Shown: positions 30,201 to 34,500 of the stretch, one piece after another
Position numbering within the stretch: the first letter of the stretch is position 1
Layout: each line of letters begins with the position of its first letter
IMG/VR virus record: IMGVR_UViG_3300021093_000083
Coordinates: 1-59,245 of that record
Strand: one strand, 5' to 3'
DNA: 59,245 bases
Origin: a virus
Taxonomy: Duplodnaviria > Caudoviricetes
Notes under the pieces: generated by a model
What the model saw: only the letters and a program-made list of their open reading frames with translations
Databases searched by the model: none
Told to the model about the DNA's origin: nothing
Made by a program: the position numbers and the translations under genes

Positions 30201-32934
30201 CGTAGTAAATGAAGCTGGTGGTATTGAAAATATCTATCCAGTATTGATTGGTATTATCGAAATTAATGAAGGTGACTGGGATGAACAGTTATTTGATCAA
30301 TATACAGAAGACAACTTTAAGTTTAGAATTCGTGGAGCCACAAGTAAATCAGAGGCTGTATTTGTAGGTGGTGGAGAATCTGAAGCTAAGATTTTTGTTA
30401 AAGATATAACAGGTTCATTTGTTCCTGGAGAAAACATTAATATAGTTTCATTTGCAAATAATGTTTCTTTAGGAAAACTAACCTCTGTAGAGTCCTTCTA
30501 CTTAAACGTTGGTGGAAGCGGTTACAATCCTCTAAGATTAAAAGTTACTTATACTGGCGAGGGAACCATTCCTACAGGAGGATTCGTAGAAGTTGGAACT
30601 CAAATTCAATATCAATTTGATACATTCTCCAAACTAAGTGATAGTAATTTTATTATTAATATTGATAAGTCTTATTCTTATGTTGAAGGTAGAGATTTCC
30701 ATATTGGAGAAAAAATTGATGTATATGCAAGATCTAATGGAGTCAAAACTGGAACTGTCAAACATTTTGTAGTTGAATCGTGGAATCCAACTACGTTAAA
30801 ACTTACAGTATCAAAACCAACACCAATAAAAGTAGATATTGTTTTAAATGAAAATGGTTCGGTAACTAATGCTATTGTTATTAATAAAGGAAACAATTAC
30901 TATGATGTATTAAATTATGCAGTAACTCTTGAGGGACAAACGGAAACTGGATATGATGAAGCTTCATTTGAATTGTCAATAGCATCTGTAACAGATATTA
31001 TTGTTACTCCATATACAATTGGTAATGAGTCTTATGATGGATTTGGTAGAGATTACTCTACTTCTGATACTGTTTTAATACAACCAATTGATGAATTTGG
31101 TGAAACCGAAAATGTTGTTGGATCTGGATCTGGAGCAACAATAAAATTAAATGTCAATGCATTTGGTGGAGAAATAGAATCTATTACGATACCAGATAAT
31201 TTAAGAGGATCTCAATACTATACAACTCCTATTATTGTTACCAAAGGTGGTGGAGGATATGGTGTTAAAGCATTAGCATCTATTGAAAATAATTTAGTTT
31301 CTGATGTGGAGTTTGTTTCTAGAGGTGTTGGATTTGAATCTGTACCAGAAATTATTTTCGCTCAAAAAGTACTTCTAACTAAGGAAAGTAAGATTAGAAC
31401 ATATCTAACATCTAAGACTGATAAATTAACTGGATTGGTCAAGAATGTAATTGAAGATGATACTCAAATTTTTGTTTCAAGTACAGGTGGATTTACTTCT
31501 AGTGGAACTTTACTTCTTGGTAAAGAAGTTATTAGTTATAGTGGTAAAACAGCAAATAGTTTTACTGGAATTACAAGAGGTATTAACTTTAACTATGATC
31601 AAAAACTTAGATTATCTTCTGGATTCTGGAACTTCTCAATTAATGACATATTACCAATCATCAGAGTTAATTCTGAAGAGAGTGGAAGTATCACTACAAA
31701 TATAAGAGTGTATTCCTTTGAACCACAAAGTCAAGATGAAGTAATTCCACCATTTTTATTCATTAAGTATGTTATTGATTCACTGGCATTTATTGATGCT
31801 GGCGTTGCTCGTAGCGAGGGTACTCCATCATATGTTGGAGGACTATTTAACACATCACCAAATGGAAATTATATTATTAATGCTCAATCATTACATCTAA
31901 ATAATGTTGATGGATTATCTGAAGGAGATATAGTTGAACAAACTATAGTGGTAGATCAAAATACAACTATAGTCATAAGTGGATCAATTGTTAGAATTAT
32001 TAAAGCTTCTAATAGAATAGTTGTAGAATTAGATGATGATAATACTGAATTTGTTCTTGGACAACTCATTATTAACCCCGATGAACCAGATAAGACAAAG
32101 ACTAGATTTATTACAACTCCTTTTGGAGGAATTGCTGTAGAAAAAATGGGTATCAATAGATTTGATACTACTAAAATCTCTGATGGTCCTACAGATACAG
32201 ATTTGGATTTAATCAAAGATAAGACTTATGTTATCTGTCAATCTGATTCTTCTGTATGTAATTCTCTATATCCACAACTCAAAGGATATTATCTATTAGA
32301 TCCATCAATTATTGAGGAATCAGGTTTCTTAATCACTGATTCTATCTATCCAAGAAATCTAACTGTAGGTGGCGCCCAACCATATGGTTATATATCAACT
32401 GTAGAAAAAGGTCCAAACAATAAAGGATTGACATACAGTGGCGTTAACAATACAAGTAGTGATTATAATGGAGAGATTGCATTAGATGGTGGATATCCAT
32501 TCTCATTATATGGCGTTGAAGAAATTGATCAATTAGGAAATACAATTGCTATCGGCGATAAACTTAGAGATGGAAATGGAAACATTGTTACTGTAGAAAC
32601 TATCTCTGCAGTTAATACAGGAGAAGTTCATCAATCTCAAGTAACAATAAAAGTAAACAAACCAACAACCTACGGTGAATTATTAATTGGACGTAAAGTG
32701 CAGGGTGCTGTTAGTGGATTCTCTGGAATTATTAAGTCTGTAAATATCCCGACAGGAGAAAATTATATCGAACTTGTTCTTGTAAATCTTCTTTATAATG
32801 ATCCATACTACGGATTTATTATTCAATATCAACAAGGTGAGATCATAAATATTTACAATGGTAATGTTTTGATAGTTGAAAATAAGTATACAATTCAATC
32901 TTATGAGTTCAATAACGTATTATTAAGTCAATAA
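9223..32934 (+). CDS. gp7: Giant (7903 aa) gp7-like baseplate wedge initiator with many inserted domains
   Basis: Lies between gp6 and gp8; N-terminal LPDFIRED..LKYYYE; IKNFYSIKGT..YPKD (~11340-11470); YYQNFAYLIK..W..V...LHPIGFSLFSE (~23250-23356). Confidence 0.85.
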   Translation: MEEKLVTSSNVESLLPDFIREDSPQFTNLLKYYYESLERSSYPLDVIYNLTNYYDLDSYTPDKLISKTTLIKNTEKIDSELVVSSTRGFPEEKGSILIQNEIVLYDYRTLSPQIKFIPNITPERVKSRFVVLDEITDQFDGQQTIFDLKLLGKKVFVPTSNHILINLGDSYLTPGVDYVTNNEDNSVPVGSVQFLTAPDESTSNIANLCIIEFLQGYVTETSKILDTVTTTSPKKVFDLKFEGSPYQPIADGYLLVFKNGNLLSLNSEYSLTDTRIIFKNNIVPSDNIFFLSIESQVPRIGTGASAYSIIDHNGQLDSIVVENNGSGYEYDETPKVEIYAETGDLATAYPLINGIRKVLVVEPGYGYDKDNPPSLSFNLTNVGNIKTSVTVKNESVTKVTVLNSGFNIDTEPKVTVVDPKMPVFGTIIIEETGNTGTGYTITGVEILDGGFGLTNGPKLYVDAPPFGEDKKVNRPQTATIVPIIENGQVVDVDIINGGLGFDPENPPRVKSINYRTAEVLDVKVTDGSITEISLLSGGHGYLETPTVYIVDNRYDAEGVYIGGIGAKARAILFNNSITDIIIEDFGSGYSDSNPPSVYISSPKNAQVVAEIGKGQITGFEVVERGFGYLKASFINCSRGTSGLKGFDKNENTIYVNTLPECHPAGTTVYNQNSEYLKYFLRRIKSQFLPEFPDIDFEQYDIRNLIKKIKNFYSIKGTKSSIESFFQTIFDDAVDISYPKDQIVRSSDALWSIDTIMRVELLKGNIEDILGNIIIQNASDVDPEVIYSSSIVDAYSILQTSKKTLYELVLDTNSYEGEFKVSYTTKLSESIDRLDTTITVDSTVGWPETNGYFYISNELVTYKSKSLNQFFECTRAANGVSRFASGGSKVSTNFYIYYNQGQPDEVVMKILGISKTESTVVDNPASNYLEGDVLSLSDLGTDVITNVPGKNFPLVNSWIFNVKKIQDVVLIQVKQKAGKYVGEVLLDKNHNLIRGQSIEIFGASPAIYNGSFTVENLSSTNAKTFDYNLNITEDQFNSLISTFPSAVGDIYLSIPLEKGKSDFRPIERIISESTADVQNCYLTDDYVYVASSGVPSYPIGLTGGERGFLGNSLLPGNQRYLKKFPKQTQVVSEKKVTEYGQLGLFLNGVPLYNYKSDKKIKFGSISRINVLNSGSDYDVEFDPEINVYKTIQTITGLQQIKNPEGVSLKPIVNGSLREIVVLNGGSGYTEPPILTVSGGGGTGAFATAVLSGGRISRVVVDSPGSGYFLKPVINIVGGGAGSGAVLDAVVRGPISSIRIDNPGQGFQENPDIEITTGSGGRAQAIILNGKVRSIGVLSVGSNYTTPPLVVITDKKGKNASAKAIIYTSGVNKGSIERIEVLNGGSGYNKDTVKVEIISIGNGASFSSEIFEWTFNINTQLEGKFDPKDGYVFIGKNNQFGSEYAHTKNPRFLRYLLGDSVLYNEVLNTITELPIQQVTRHSPIIGWAFDGNPIYGPYGFANPATNPGTNTNFIPMKSGWKLKNDRLNGPSTTTYPLGSFVEDYEYSLTTGVTLDRYNGRFCKTPEFPEGVYAYFVTITGTVSSIAEFPYVVGNEFYSVPDQFNFQANALQSNLPKDVIRYRTPYESTDIDVVRKSSDINSSLSTEDNSFNFILEDSQIITGYDQDGNPIYTTLEGYDINDDTFITDDELNPIEFIEESDIEIYNYFPTTEGDAKVDIRISNVNKFETSILEGFTIENGGRNFKVNDTLIFDTSESGGNLPSAKVSSVTGENVSELTFVFEGKKPYAKLTTTTDHGLTYNDKFKVETQPEAESQIQYQPNSYKVKVVNGIERIDVISFGADYDPETQINYRFFNRVLDNIKDVELNSIVDVGGSLKFIEVKNSGSMGLDVSEVKLSLDPPTNVTRTVFYNKKIKNDRTAELELPAGSLENLEKDQIISNDIVLDTNEIQSVTSANISGNNYKVTITTVDSNLITSGKKVLVSGFNNYTSLNGLKTVTDTTGNSFSYTVTQAGLPSTIEVVSKDWDQISSSQSGAHTLAIKQDKSLWAWGQNSFGQLGTGNRTRRKVPFKVSSSQWIAISANGNKSLAIKYVDNNSYGTLWAWGQNSFGELGINSTDPYKTSPVQIGTSNWKKVSSGVNHALAIMSDGTLWAWGRNSFGQLGIGSTTDYSYPVQVSTDTNWTEVHAGSSISAAINSSGKLFVWGDSRNSCLGLGKIASIRILNPGRSGTFTAESTVNFELSGASGKVVSWNPTTRLLILKNFTYTNVPTRDEKLYIGSDVSTSVNYGRLRSIVIHELDDFGSSLEFILTQGTGVFSTGETITSSRGVTATVVSYDSSTKKMKISNRSGEFIRNDIVTGNSSGAKQTFNRYTPQSGTRILVPTLINDSTWTKASSSNRSTFAIKDNGTLWSWGDNFFGNLGTGDLFDRNIPTQIGTSTTWSDVSAGSYHVLGINDSDLYAWGRASSYELGNGSLDTKLAPVEITGITDIGIIEAGNSSSFIIKDMSGTDAPLLVFGNATQGRLGNNKIKGLVSTPTEIQSISVILNPESTIVESSIFAINSTNSIVEVSNIVNSSGQYPNNSEYLDDDIIEVVKDNDELIIDQKITQVLTNNVLPFSSSIRLNNLNNVEIGKLIRVVSEEKSFNATVKDINSVLTLTEVPSSTEIYAGNKITFPVNNNATPPVAVVREFLVTGVSKKGSVTLSISQYTGNDTNIVTATVSSTAGISVGDELYIFGSTADTNLNGTWNIIAVPNSTTFKFGITSPLATGSYLSGLGTAIKSISGTTTLNVSLDMPVSEYQNTSTINGNLDAQVAVTIPSYSLFDEDMIVVSDIDSQSNSIFVRTLITGKSKTTSNPISLSDVSISMYSVTLEGDQNEYDFGNYNSTFFVENTFSNQQSVKYIASNTSTPINGLTSGNIYYIKNVTRYSFSLSAEVDDVETITVTTIPSTSIHRFRSVIRRKIQNSSYAQNKINYTTTSIDKNENLYAFGSTFDSQGTKCITFHKFDNSGELKFESYLLIPEAERGSGITQGTFQITASKSFIKNNDLYLLVETVYRQISSTLVKDLIIIKYDISSEQPLKLSTSVLLSSGSYAISPIGIFVEEFENREINIISNILNHPGSEDKESILLLKVTEDQPTNINTLSFTSTNTSVKLNNALTNSNTIFLSNTFYENQPVVYTSFLPIGGLESNTVYYIINNDNEKFKLAKTPSGAPVQLTSLGDNLLNAHTISPVLIPSYDISLQRRISFDNELSIDDIAYQQISVSAKSFDVNESNFVISSTSNNKPYLIKINKSTFSVDLIKEVSGITSSLNKHFIKFNQFNEIYFAFNKQIVRLDINGNVIKQVTIPSYTSNHEVSSLFFDYFDNVIVILNDNSGNNSKVVVNYFDYKLDYLKTQTISESDVNILVSSSVLDLYNSIYFTITESTNNFYSYIYRTYKELQNNTSNDITMSNSTSLITESKLDNFTISFTDNSNIIGRQGTQFSNFSITDINIFDTDCPKSYQLSSTFADIFSEKVSTKGSKPVFDITLNKKYYIEKDAIQFISPVVTYQLNKTVNYPIGSTVVFTDNEILSNTYSGVILDKGIQTLTVTEFSSSNPSLIQNILDNSNVKLKNENPFYNSKINNTFVNSEKIEAKLQISNITADSVFLPGDTVEFLTPATGNTFVYRGKATILFYNETTNVISFKNVFDDGISESTRVRITKTIGGENTVTAFAEFLYATDWDYVDKFEFEIPSEYEDDYIFESDNITNGSIVSIKVVNSGTDYTVAPSVIVQNQPGVNGSGLIAIAILNANGGVDRILVENGGAKFTKTPNIILLGGDGQGATAKVTRMRFVSEVYTIQVIDREQNLDLTSSTSYDDVELGDVITQTSTSASGIVVSKNRDLIRVKLSNQSRFDTSAVSISGVRTESTYSATNVGITSVSPCVFFSGESTTMKSVLDEYDGNYVNQFYPQLTVNSNDIISISRLYGVSKINLITRLFEYVYQISGEDLVHEDKIFIKTTDDHNLRENSLASLILPPTYSQINLVDQILSENEFIFRLYNIDLNNLPHNKFNSSTSELYYKTPSFNMVYGHSYRFDVSDFSNTGTLLNFSRDDSNRVVYTFNNVVRNNIVPGQVGSFVDFVVESNAGQLSYYFNEANSDGNNFVLPDSTISLRETPYNGTFRVHRVLNDTQLLYPLPYKPECDAFVLSGNENTTKYLSYSETSSGSISEISIFNNGGYFKVLPRVSEILCPRKIEKIEILNGGTEYEPGIYRDVPISGDGVGGLVDITVTPEIIINDLDEEIITGRITQAVVINPGERYTEATINIVDIPGILGSASNGSGGQLQVVIPPPGTGSSVLPYSEKVGSIRKLSNLNVGFDYTHDYTLKPQIKFPISLQLVNAKVISEILIDDPGFGYTSTPIILIEGGGGSGAAAVATVKNNRVSGIELVSAGSGYFSEPNIIIQSKIPYVVNLDLNLIQFKVPHGIPNASTIKLRADVVDGNNNVILPIVNYPGGMNNLIDPDNSVTGAYQTTLSLSAIVGESNGLLPNQLRIAINKNEALLNNYLNFITTGSPTQFLLTEVFGAKARSVLKSSQFLGNEVINQLESQIVNGVEQEVITCVSKVLPNSGWISGPNILRLNVLEGEFGIGKKVVGLSSESSGIINKIISASGFGEIGSTSTIDGKFYEETGKLSSISQRLQSEYYQNFAYLIKTTTPSEDWRNLVLDNLHPIGFSLFSEYSYETNSSLPKLKASTAFSRDISVDAAQRRGSRIFSPGYVEDVLNLNEVSVVGKKLITSENIITSFVEKIVNISDNFDGATTTFDLQVKRLITNLDGSTTEVIDAVRSNERFLMIFLNNTLQSPDSYVFSNGQITFDEAPSARLVSKSRNVKFTNLYPPVGKFVQDEKLYVVRVKEFNIDGINIWQQTVIIQSSTNPNIKIGDTVKQSDINGVITEIGVVFENSIYTVTLVVVFTTTDETIISPERDLKVFYNNEDLIGTTFDVTYVSTNQIADLRPFKFDILEGSEVVNDKVDIFSYQNLEQEREYSVNISAYKINDNLNQLSEDARIIIRLFDFEFNQYKVDETSNYVTLSNDELGPFILSSNASTISPSDSKTDLAYDVNETNLSIRSIFTFDSFLNYNQSTPSLVELNVGDVLTSTVSKGLATVVSVNEVTKEVEVSIKSNINNPFINENETLQSRTTQGEIIEGNLTNFVFFTTQNAKYKVTKIRFKSDDDNTFTDDNTPLPVVLTNDLLISKTYGTANNQDSSSIFLSLNDLVVGEKSRASCKITEITRINNINEVEISPGTLFTGYIFNRVNNPDNPNVSLTDISKSYIVPFNKLESYGSLYYKEIESSRLLLDDYLYNESIGDRFKSIQLDVEYGNSYEFNVNDTLEIVRVSVDVEEAGSRFRDGSNLIKANRQEIVDRAAAEIAIQFPDFSYPGDPITTAVSRFKDAYRLIQLNRTAIIDTAFAAIAPAFPTFVINATNTDKCKRDIGIFVDSISLDIAQAGGNVYTRKFVLSYFNSNTPITNGLVGEEAQSNVAFNAACEEMKKAVTNQLAITDLTITPGAATFGGGGGTIPNNSVNACADVRSALDSLTLIVTTRIAAGNITGLPAESVSTTVPAGEAKCKRDIGIIVDAVVEDLFRGSNVNIIESTNAYFNNGTPISNGLVNEEAQSVVAFNKARDVMKLAINNQLFVKDLTIQGDYQVSFSNTDPDGCANVRAMIDTLISIITTTITAADPDLLPDPNPGRAFVAGELVTISDGTTTYESNVLSSDNVNYIISLENIYQNDQIVINTELLDLTGYTVSTNRGASNIEIVAPVKDLDVTRTTVKSRTYDITTKFTLNSITGLSVGLTATQGSIVGKVVDIIANDIYINHASYDTENHYVTGNIVFNTIPAITKSVTANPANRETIYYISTSEIVPQINKYQPTPGTIHSYTPWNDLYDVLDNNRSFIIDYVYELIITEFAYLSNKNTITIGSCKNDLALVLNAIINDIKLGGNYNTVLATRLYFDSNNEVNFLKGEVEESIWSYSRLKDFIKLSSRNFEVVHTCNLVNTQNYIVVSDPTGIVRGMLVTTDQFNVDIYVKYVSGNKVYLMTESFTDYILVGNYSAQEVTFNFDKFKVNPQFVSVLYNVPIQYSSDVTSSTILDQNISDLVDVLLNAINPDSLRVYKDAVIELLETYEDVIDDVYNDLKVQFDNLTIPNDNLDKCQRDMKVVSESVFDDLKFGGNVNTIRTSELYVNGGSLSHVETELIETAYAFFKLEISYKEIINNSTNYTTQEKTDIQERITELFQLLISKITNDATGTVQDAAAQIARNERFIVDEAFLITLDTQPTAFSQSEITQLYSYAYSVVKSTIKNLLLGSNEYVLDALTALGATSSFYSNSSKKSFVQNFFTRVISLSKLSTINFYINAAEDQYVVQESVLTYKTDLTISVDPAGWSYCQSVHNTLDTFGIIINNYWTNLSLPDVSIVEFTYFPKRLYPENYVQRPITSSISENDLCILKSSTLTKTAFVNAIDSGITKIYDLQKRFDLDDEDGTIEKSNLVGSFVNTSISVTLKDINDNGSVNVSITGNGSNISVGQTFTQDNGFSSIIESIYNVYILKNVYGNFYKNNYIFGIDSGSTSNSYISSFERNTAVIEKSIGDRLIFDSTSVVGSFTLYDYVYVKDTTYESNVVYTYQGFNGQRTQFPLIVISPTGDIQDYYPSVEDSPIIVSINGVIQEFDNDYTTSSNFITFDNPPTKDDECLAVYYGKWRKIDNISPQFDGITQSFGMEIGGLPFAISVFGNATNIIVDRNCLFTVNGVVQVPQEGFTVDGSRIRFSSAPKPGSSFVGYVYVGSAIDVDSIEVIPQIEPTDIIRLNKEDTNRIVATVDSLSSVTTFEYPGEKIGRIAAGTATIRTGKIIGASLTSGGSGYIRRPKIKINSSSGDEAKLTAQLGVSNVEVINAGSGYLKPSVQVISTTGTGFTGEILFEPDSNNTQRISVIKIINSGFGYSSTDEVSISNVGNPEIPVEFKVVVNEAGGIENIYPVLIGIIEINEGDWDEQLFDQYTEDNFKFRIRGATSKSEAVFVGGGESEAKIFVKDITGSFVPGENINIVSFANNVSLGKLTSVESFYLNVGGSGYNPLRLKVTYTGEGTIPTGGFVEVGTQIQYQFDTFSKLSDSNFIINIDKSYSYVEGRDFHIGEKIDVYARSNGVKTGTVKHFVVESWNPTTLKLTVSKPTPIKVDIVLNENGSVTNAIVINKGNNYYDVLNYAVTLEGQTETGYDEASFELSIASVTDIIVTPYTIGNESYDGFGRDYSTSDTVLIQPIDEFGETENVVGSGSGATIKLNVNAFGGEIESITIPDNLRGSQYYTTPIIVTKGGGGYGVKALASIENNLVSDVEFVSRGVGFESVPEIIFAQKVLLTKESKIRTYLTSKTDKLTGLVKNVIEDDTQIFVSSTGGFTSSGTLLLGKEVISYSGKTANSFTGITRGINFNYDQKLRLSSGFWNFSINDILPIIRVNSEESGSITTNIRVYSFEPQSQDEVIPPFLFIKYVIDSLAFIDAGVARSEGTPSYVGGLFNTSPNGNYIINAQSLHLNNVDGLSEGDIVEQTIVVDQNTTIVISGSIVRIIKASNRIVVELDDDNTEFVLGQLIINPDEPDKTKTRFITTPFGGIAVEKMGINRFDTTKISDGPTDTDLDLIKDKTYVICQSDSSVCNSLYPQLKGYYLLDPSIIEESGFLITDSIYPRNLTVGGAQPYGYISTVEKGPNNKGLTYSGVNNTSSDYNGEIALDGGYPFSLYGVEEIDQLGNTIAIGDKLRDGNGNIVTVETISAVNTGEVHQSQVTIKVNKPTTYGELLIGRKVQGAVSGFSGIIKSVNIPTGENYIELVLVNLLYNDPYYGFIIQYQQGEIINIYNGNVLIVENKYTIQSYEFNNVLLSQ
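12478..14007 (+). other. Split YHYH-like domain within gp7
   Basis: VASSGVPSY...LGLFLNGVPLYN (~12478-12680), then inserted Gly-rich repeats, then HSPIIGWAFDGNPIYGPYG...LDRYNGRFCKTPEFPEGVYAYFVT...FPYVVG (~13657-14007). Confidence 0.7.
15280..16830 (+). repeat. Seven RCC1/BLIP-II repeats (beta-propeller) within gp7
   Basis: LWAWGQNSFGQLG, LWAWGQNSFGELG, LWAWGRNSFGQLG, LFVWGDSRNSCLG, LWSWGDNFFGNLG, LYAWGRASSYELG, LLVFGNATQGRLG. Confidence 0.9.
25357..28530 (+). repeat. Phycobiliprotein-like (globin-fold) helical repeats within gp7
   Basis: KCKRDIG (Cys codons 25609, 26026), SCKNDL (27088), KCQRDM (27778) plus one Cys-less copy (~28070-28280); most are preceded by a D-x-x-x-x-I/L-x-x-N-R-x-x-I-I/V-D helix and followed by GGN/GSN. 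Confidence 0.6.
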
Positions 32935-32937
32935 ATA
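32931..32937 (+). promoter_or_regulatory. T4-type late promoter
   Basis: ATAAATA overlapping the gp7 stop, 22 nt before the gp8 ATG. Confidence 0.65.
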
Positions 32938-32959
32938 AAATAAAGGATTTCTATAAAAA

Positions 32960-34477
32960 ATGACCGCTTTAATTACTGATCAGTTTAGGATCTTTTTGTC
33001 AAAACAATTCATATCATCTTTTGATACTCAACAAACAACTCCAGATTCTTTATACGTTTTTGTGGGAAGACCACAACCTTGGGAAGATTCTACTGGTGGA
33101 GACTCATCTCCACCAGATCCAATAGATAGTTTTGAACAGTATTCAGATGTCTATGATGATATGGTTGCTATGAAGAGGATTTTGCCAACAGATATTTTAC
33201 CTGTGGTAAGGAGAATTAATTGGATTCCGCCAGAACAAACTACGGGTGGATTAGGATATACATATGACATGTATAGACACGATTATTCGATTTATAATCC
33301 TGCTGCTAGTGGAGCTACATCTTTATACGATGGAGACTTCTATGTAGTTAATAGTCAATATCAAGTTTTCAAATGTATTTACAATGGAACTTCTCCATCA
33401 GATCCTAATGGAAAGCCATCAACAATTGAACCAACTGGAACATCCAATGCAATCATCACTACGTCTGATGGATATAGATGGAAGTATATGTATACTTTGA
33501 CGGTTGACCAAATTATTAGATTCTTATCTAGAGATTATCTACCTGTAATTCAAGATACTGCAGTTTCCACCAATACAAGTAGTGGTGAGATTGATACTAT
33601 TTTGATTGTAAATTCTGGAAGCGGTTACAATAATGGAGTTTATGAAAACATACCTATTAATGGTGATGGAAAAGGTGGAAGAGTAACTATTGTAATTGAT
33701 GGTGGTAAAGTATCTCAGGTTAATGTATTGAATGGAGGAAGTGAGTATTCCTTCGGTCAAATAGATGTTGATGGAATAACTGGTATTGGTGCTGGTACTG
33801 GAGCTCAAGTTAACGTTATTATTCCGCCTCAAGGTGGACATGGAAGAGATACGTTAACTGAATTGGGAGCTTTTAGAATTCTTATTAATACCAAATTTTC
33901 ATATGACGAAGGTCTTGGTGACTTCCCAACAGACAATGATTTTAGACGAATTGGATTAATTATCAATCCATTAGTAAGAGGAACTAATACTATTGCAACT
34001 TCTTTGACTTTTAGTTTAACAAAAGCTATTGCATTTCCATTGAGTTTTACTGGATCTTTTACTACAGATGCTACTATTCAACAAACAAGAATAGTTGGAA
34101 CAACATCTATAGTTTCTAGAGGAGTTGTTGTTTCTTGGAATCCAATTACAAAAGTTCTAAAGTATTTTCAAAACAGAGTCAAGGGTATTTTCCCAGAAGG
34201 AACTGGACCTTTGAATGAGTTTGTTGGATCAGAAAACGTATCTATCCCAGGAGGAACTACATCAGTTTCACCAGACGTAGCATTCCCTGAAATTGATAAC
34301 ACTAGTACTAGAACTGTAGATGGTAAAAACTATAATCTAGGACAGAATTTTACTCAGGGTTATGCTCAACCAGAGATAGAAAAAAACTCTGGAAAAATTA
34401 TCTATATAGATAATAGAAGACCAATTGTTAGATTCCCTGACCAGGTTGAAGACATTAAAATCATTATCGAGTTCTAA
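32960..34477 (+). CDS. gp8: Baseplate wedge subunit gp8
   Basis: MTALITDQFRI; YVFVGRPQPW; YDMYRHDY; FYVVNSQYQVFKCIYN; DGYRWKYMYT; C-terminal SGKIIYIDNRRPIVRFPDQVEDIKIIIEF. Confidence 0.95.
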   Translation: MTALITDQFRIFLSKQFISSFDTQQTTPDSLYVFVGRPQPWEDSTGGDSSPPDPIDSFEQYSDVYDDMVAMKRILPTDILPVVRRINWIPPEQTTGGLGYTYDMYRHDYSIYNPAASGATSLYDGDFYVVNSQYQVFKCIYNGTSPSDPNGKPSTIEPTGTSNAIITTSDGYRWKYMYTLTVDQIIRFLSRDYLPVIQDTAVSTNTSSGEIDTILIVNSGSGYNNGVYENIPINGDGKGGRVTIVIDGGKVSQVNVLNGGSEYSFGQIDVDGITGIGAGTGAQVNVIIPPQGGHGRDTLTELGAFRILINTKFSYDEGLGDFPTDNDFRRIGLIINPLVRGTNTIATSLTFSLTKAIAFPLSFTGSFTTDATIQQTRIVGTTSIVSRGVVVSWNPITKVLKYFQNRVKGIFPEGTGPLNEFVGSENVSIPGGTTSVSPDVAFPEIDNTSTRTVDGKNYNLGQNFTQGYAQPEIEKNSGKIIYIDNRRPIVRFPDQVEDIKIIIEF

Positions 34478-34500
34478 TTACAAAATAAGCAAGGAAAGAC

